NCBI GenBank assembly: GCA_002269645.1 | Contig: NIVC01001390.1 | Location: 124,001 to 188,000, forward strand | Direction: 5' to 3' | DNA length: 64,000 nucleotides | Origin: Macrostomum lignano | Taxonomy: Eukaryota | Part shown: positions 63,389 through 64,000 of the stretch, one piece after another | Position numbering within the stretch: the first letter of the stretch is position 1 | Layout: every line of letters begins with the position of its first letter | The notes under the pieces: model-generated | Seen by the model: the letters and a program-made list of their open reading frames with translations, nothing else | The model's database searches: none | Told to the model about the DNA's origin: nothing | Made by a program: the position numbers and the translations under genes

Positions 63389-64000
63389 TAGCTTTACGCT
63401 TGTCGTGTTCACTCATTTATTTATTCAATACCGAACTTATTTACCGGTATGATTTATTAATTCATAATTCATGATTTATTAGTTCATCTATATCATTCGA
63501 TCCGGCCTATCATTTTTATCATTCAAATTAAGGAGTAAATTCCTGACAGCTTCCCTGGGGAAGCTGTGGAAGGCTGTGAGTACATTTCATTATCAGAGAG
63601 ATCAGAGCAGACGAGAAGCTATCGCAACAGCTGGATACAGCTGGGAAACCAGAGTTCACATATGCTACTCTTGGTATAGTCTTGAAAGAGCTCGGTCTGA
63701 TGATACTATTTAGAGGGCCAGTTTAAAAAAGTGAATTGCAGTTCTCAAATTGAATTGCAGTAAGGTGCATGGGCCGTTAGTGTCGTACCATTGTCGTCAA
63801 ACAGTCACACTACATATTTTCAGAATATTCATCACCTTACATTGCACAGCTCGGTGCTCAAACTTTGTTGCAGTTTTTGTGCGGAGGCTGAACCAAACAA
63901 TTCATTTTGCTTCATCTAAATAGGCGAACTTCTTATGGTGATGCGTGCTGTCGCTGCATCCCAAACTTCATCCAATCTCTGCCTCTTCCAATAAGCCTGT

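Noticed and set aside
63841-64000. Possible minus-strand exon ending at donor gtaagg
   Set aside because: All frames have stops within the visible part and no recognisable motif; truncated by the window edge.

Overview
Eukaryotic, repeat-rich animal DNA. The spliced genes, short introns, dense minisatellites and RTE/DIRS-like relics suggest a flatworm such as Macrostomum, but that is inference and not confirmed. (1) Bases 1 to ~35.8 kb are a young tandem array of nine units of ~3.9-4.8 kb in three architectures (I: units 1, 2, 5; II: units 3, 4; III: units 6-8 plus a partial unit 9). Each unit is a mosaic of: a small spliced minus-strand gene of unknown family with a strongly diverged paralog in type III; several old diverged copies of a ~0.5-0.6 kb conserved non-coding element ('P'); a MITE (types I/II); a DIRS/Ngaro-like RT relic; and a LINE-linked segment (types I/III). 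(2) 36-50 kb is TE debris and minisatellites: a LINE C-terminal zinc knuckle, a MULE-like end, a Helentron/HINE-like end, a tRNA-like SINE head, a solo P copy, and 10/21-, 16-, 24- and 31-bp arrays. (3) 50.6-54.3 kb is an apparently intact IAP gene (BIR-BIR-UBA-RING) on the minus strand with a different minisatellite in each intron. (4) 54.5-64 kb holds heavily deaminated LINE relics and weak actinoporin-like and dynein-light-chain-like traces. The very long ORFs in the track are artefacts of stop-free satellites. There is no CRISPR array, rRNA or prokaryotic/phage gene. All homology calls are by eye from remembered motifs; no search was run.
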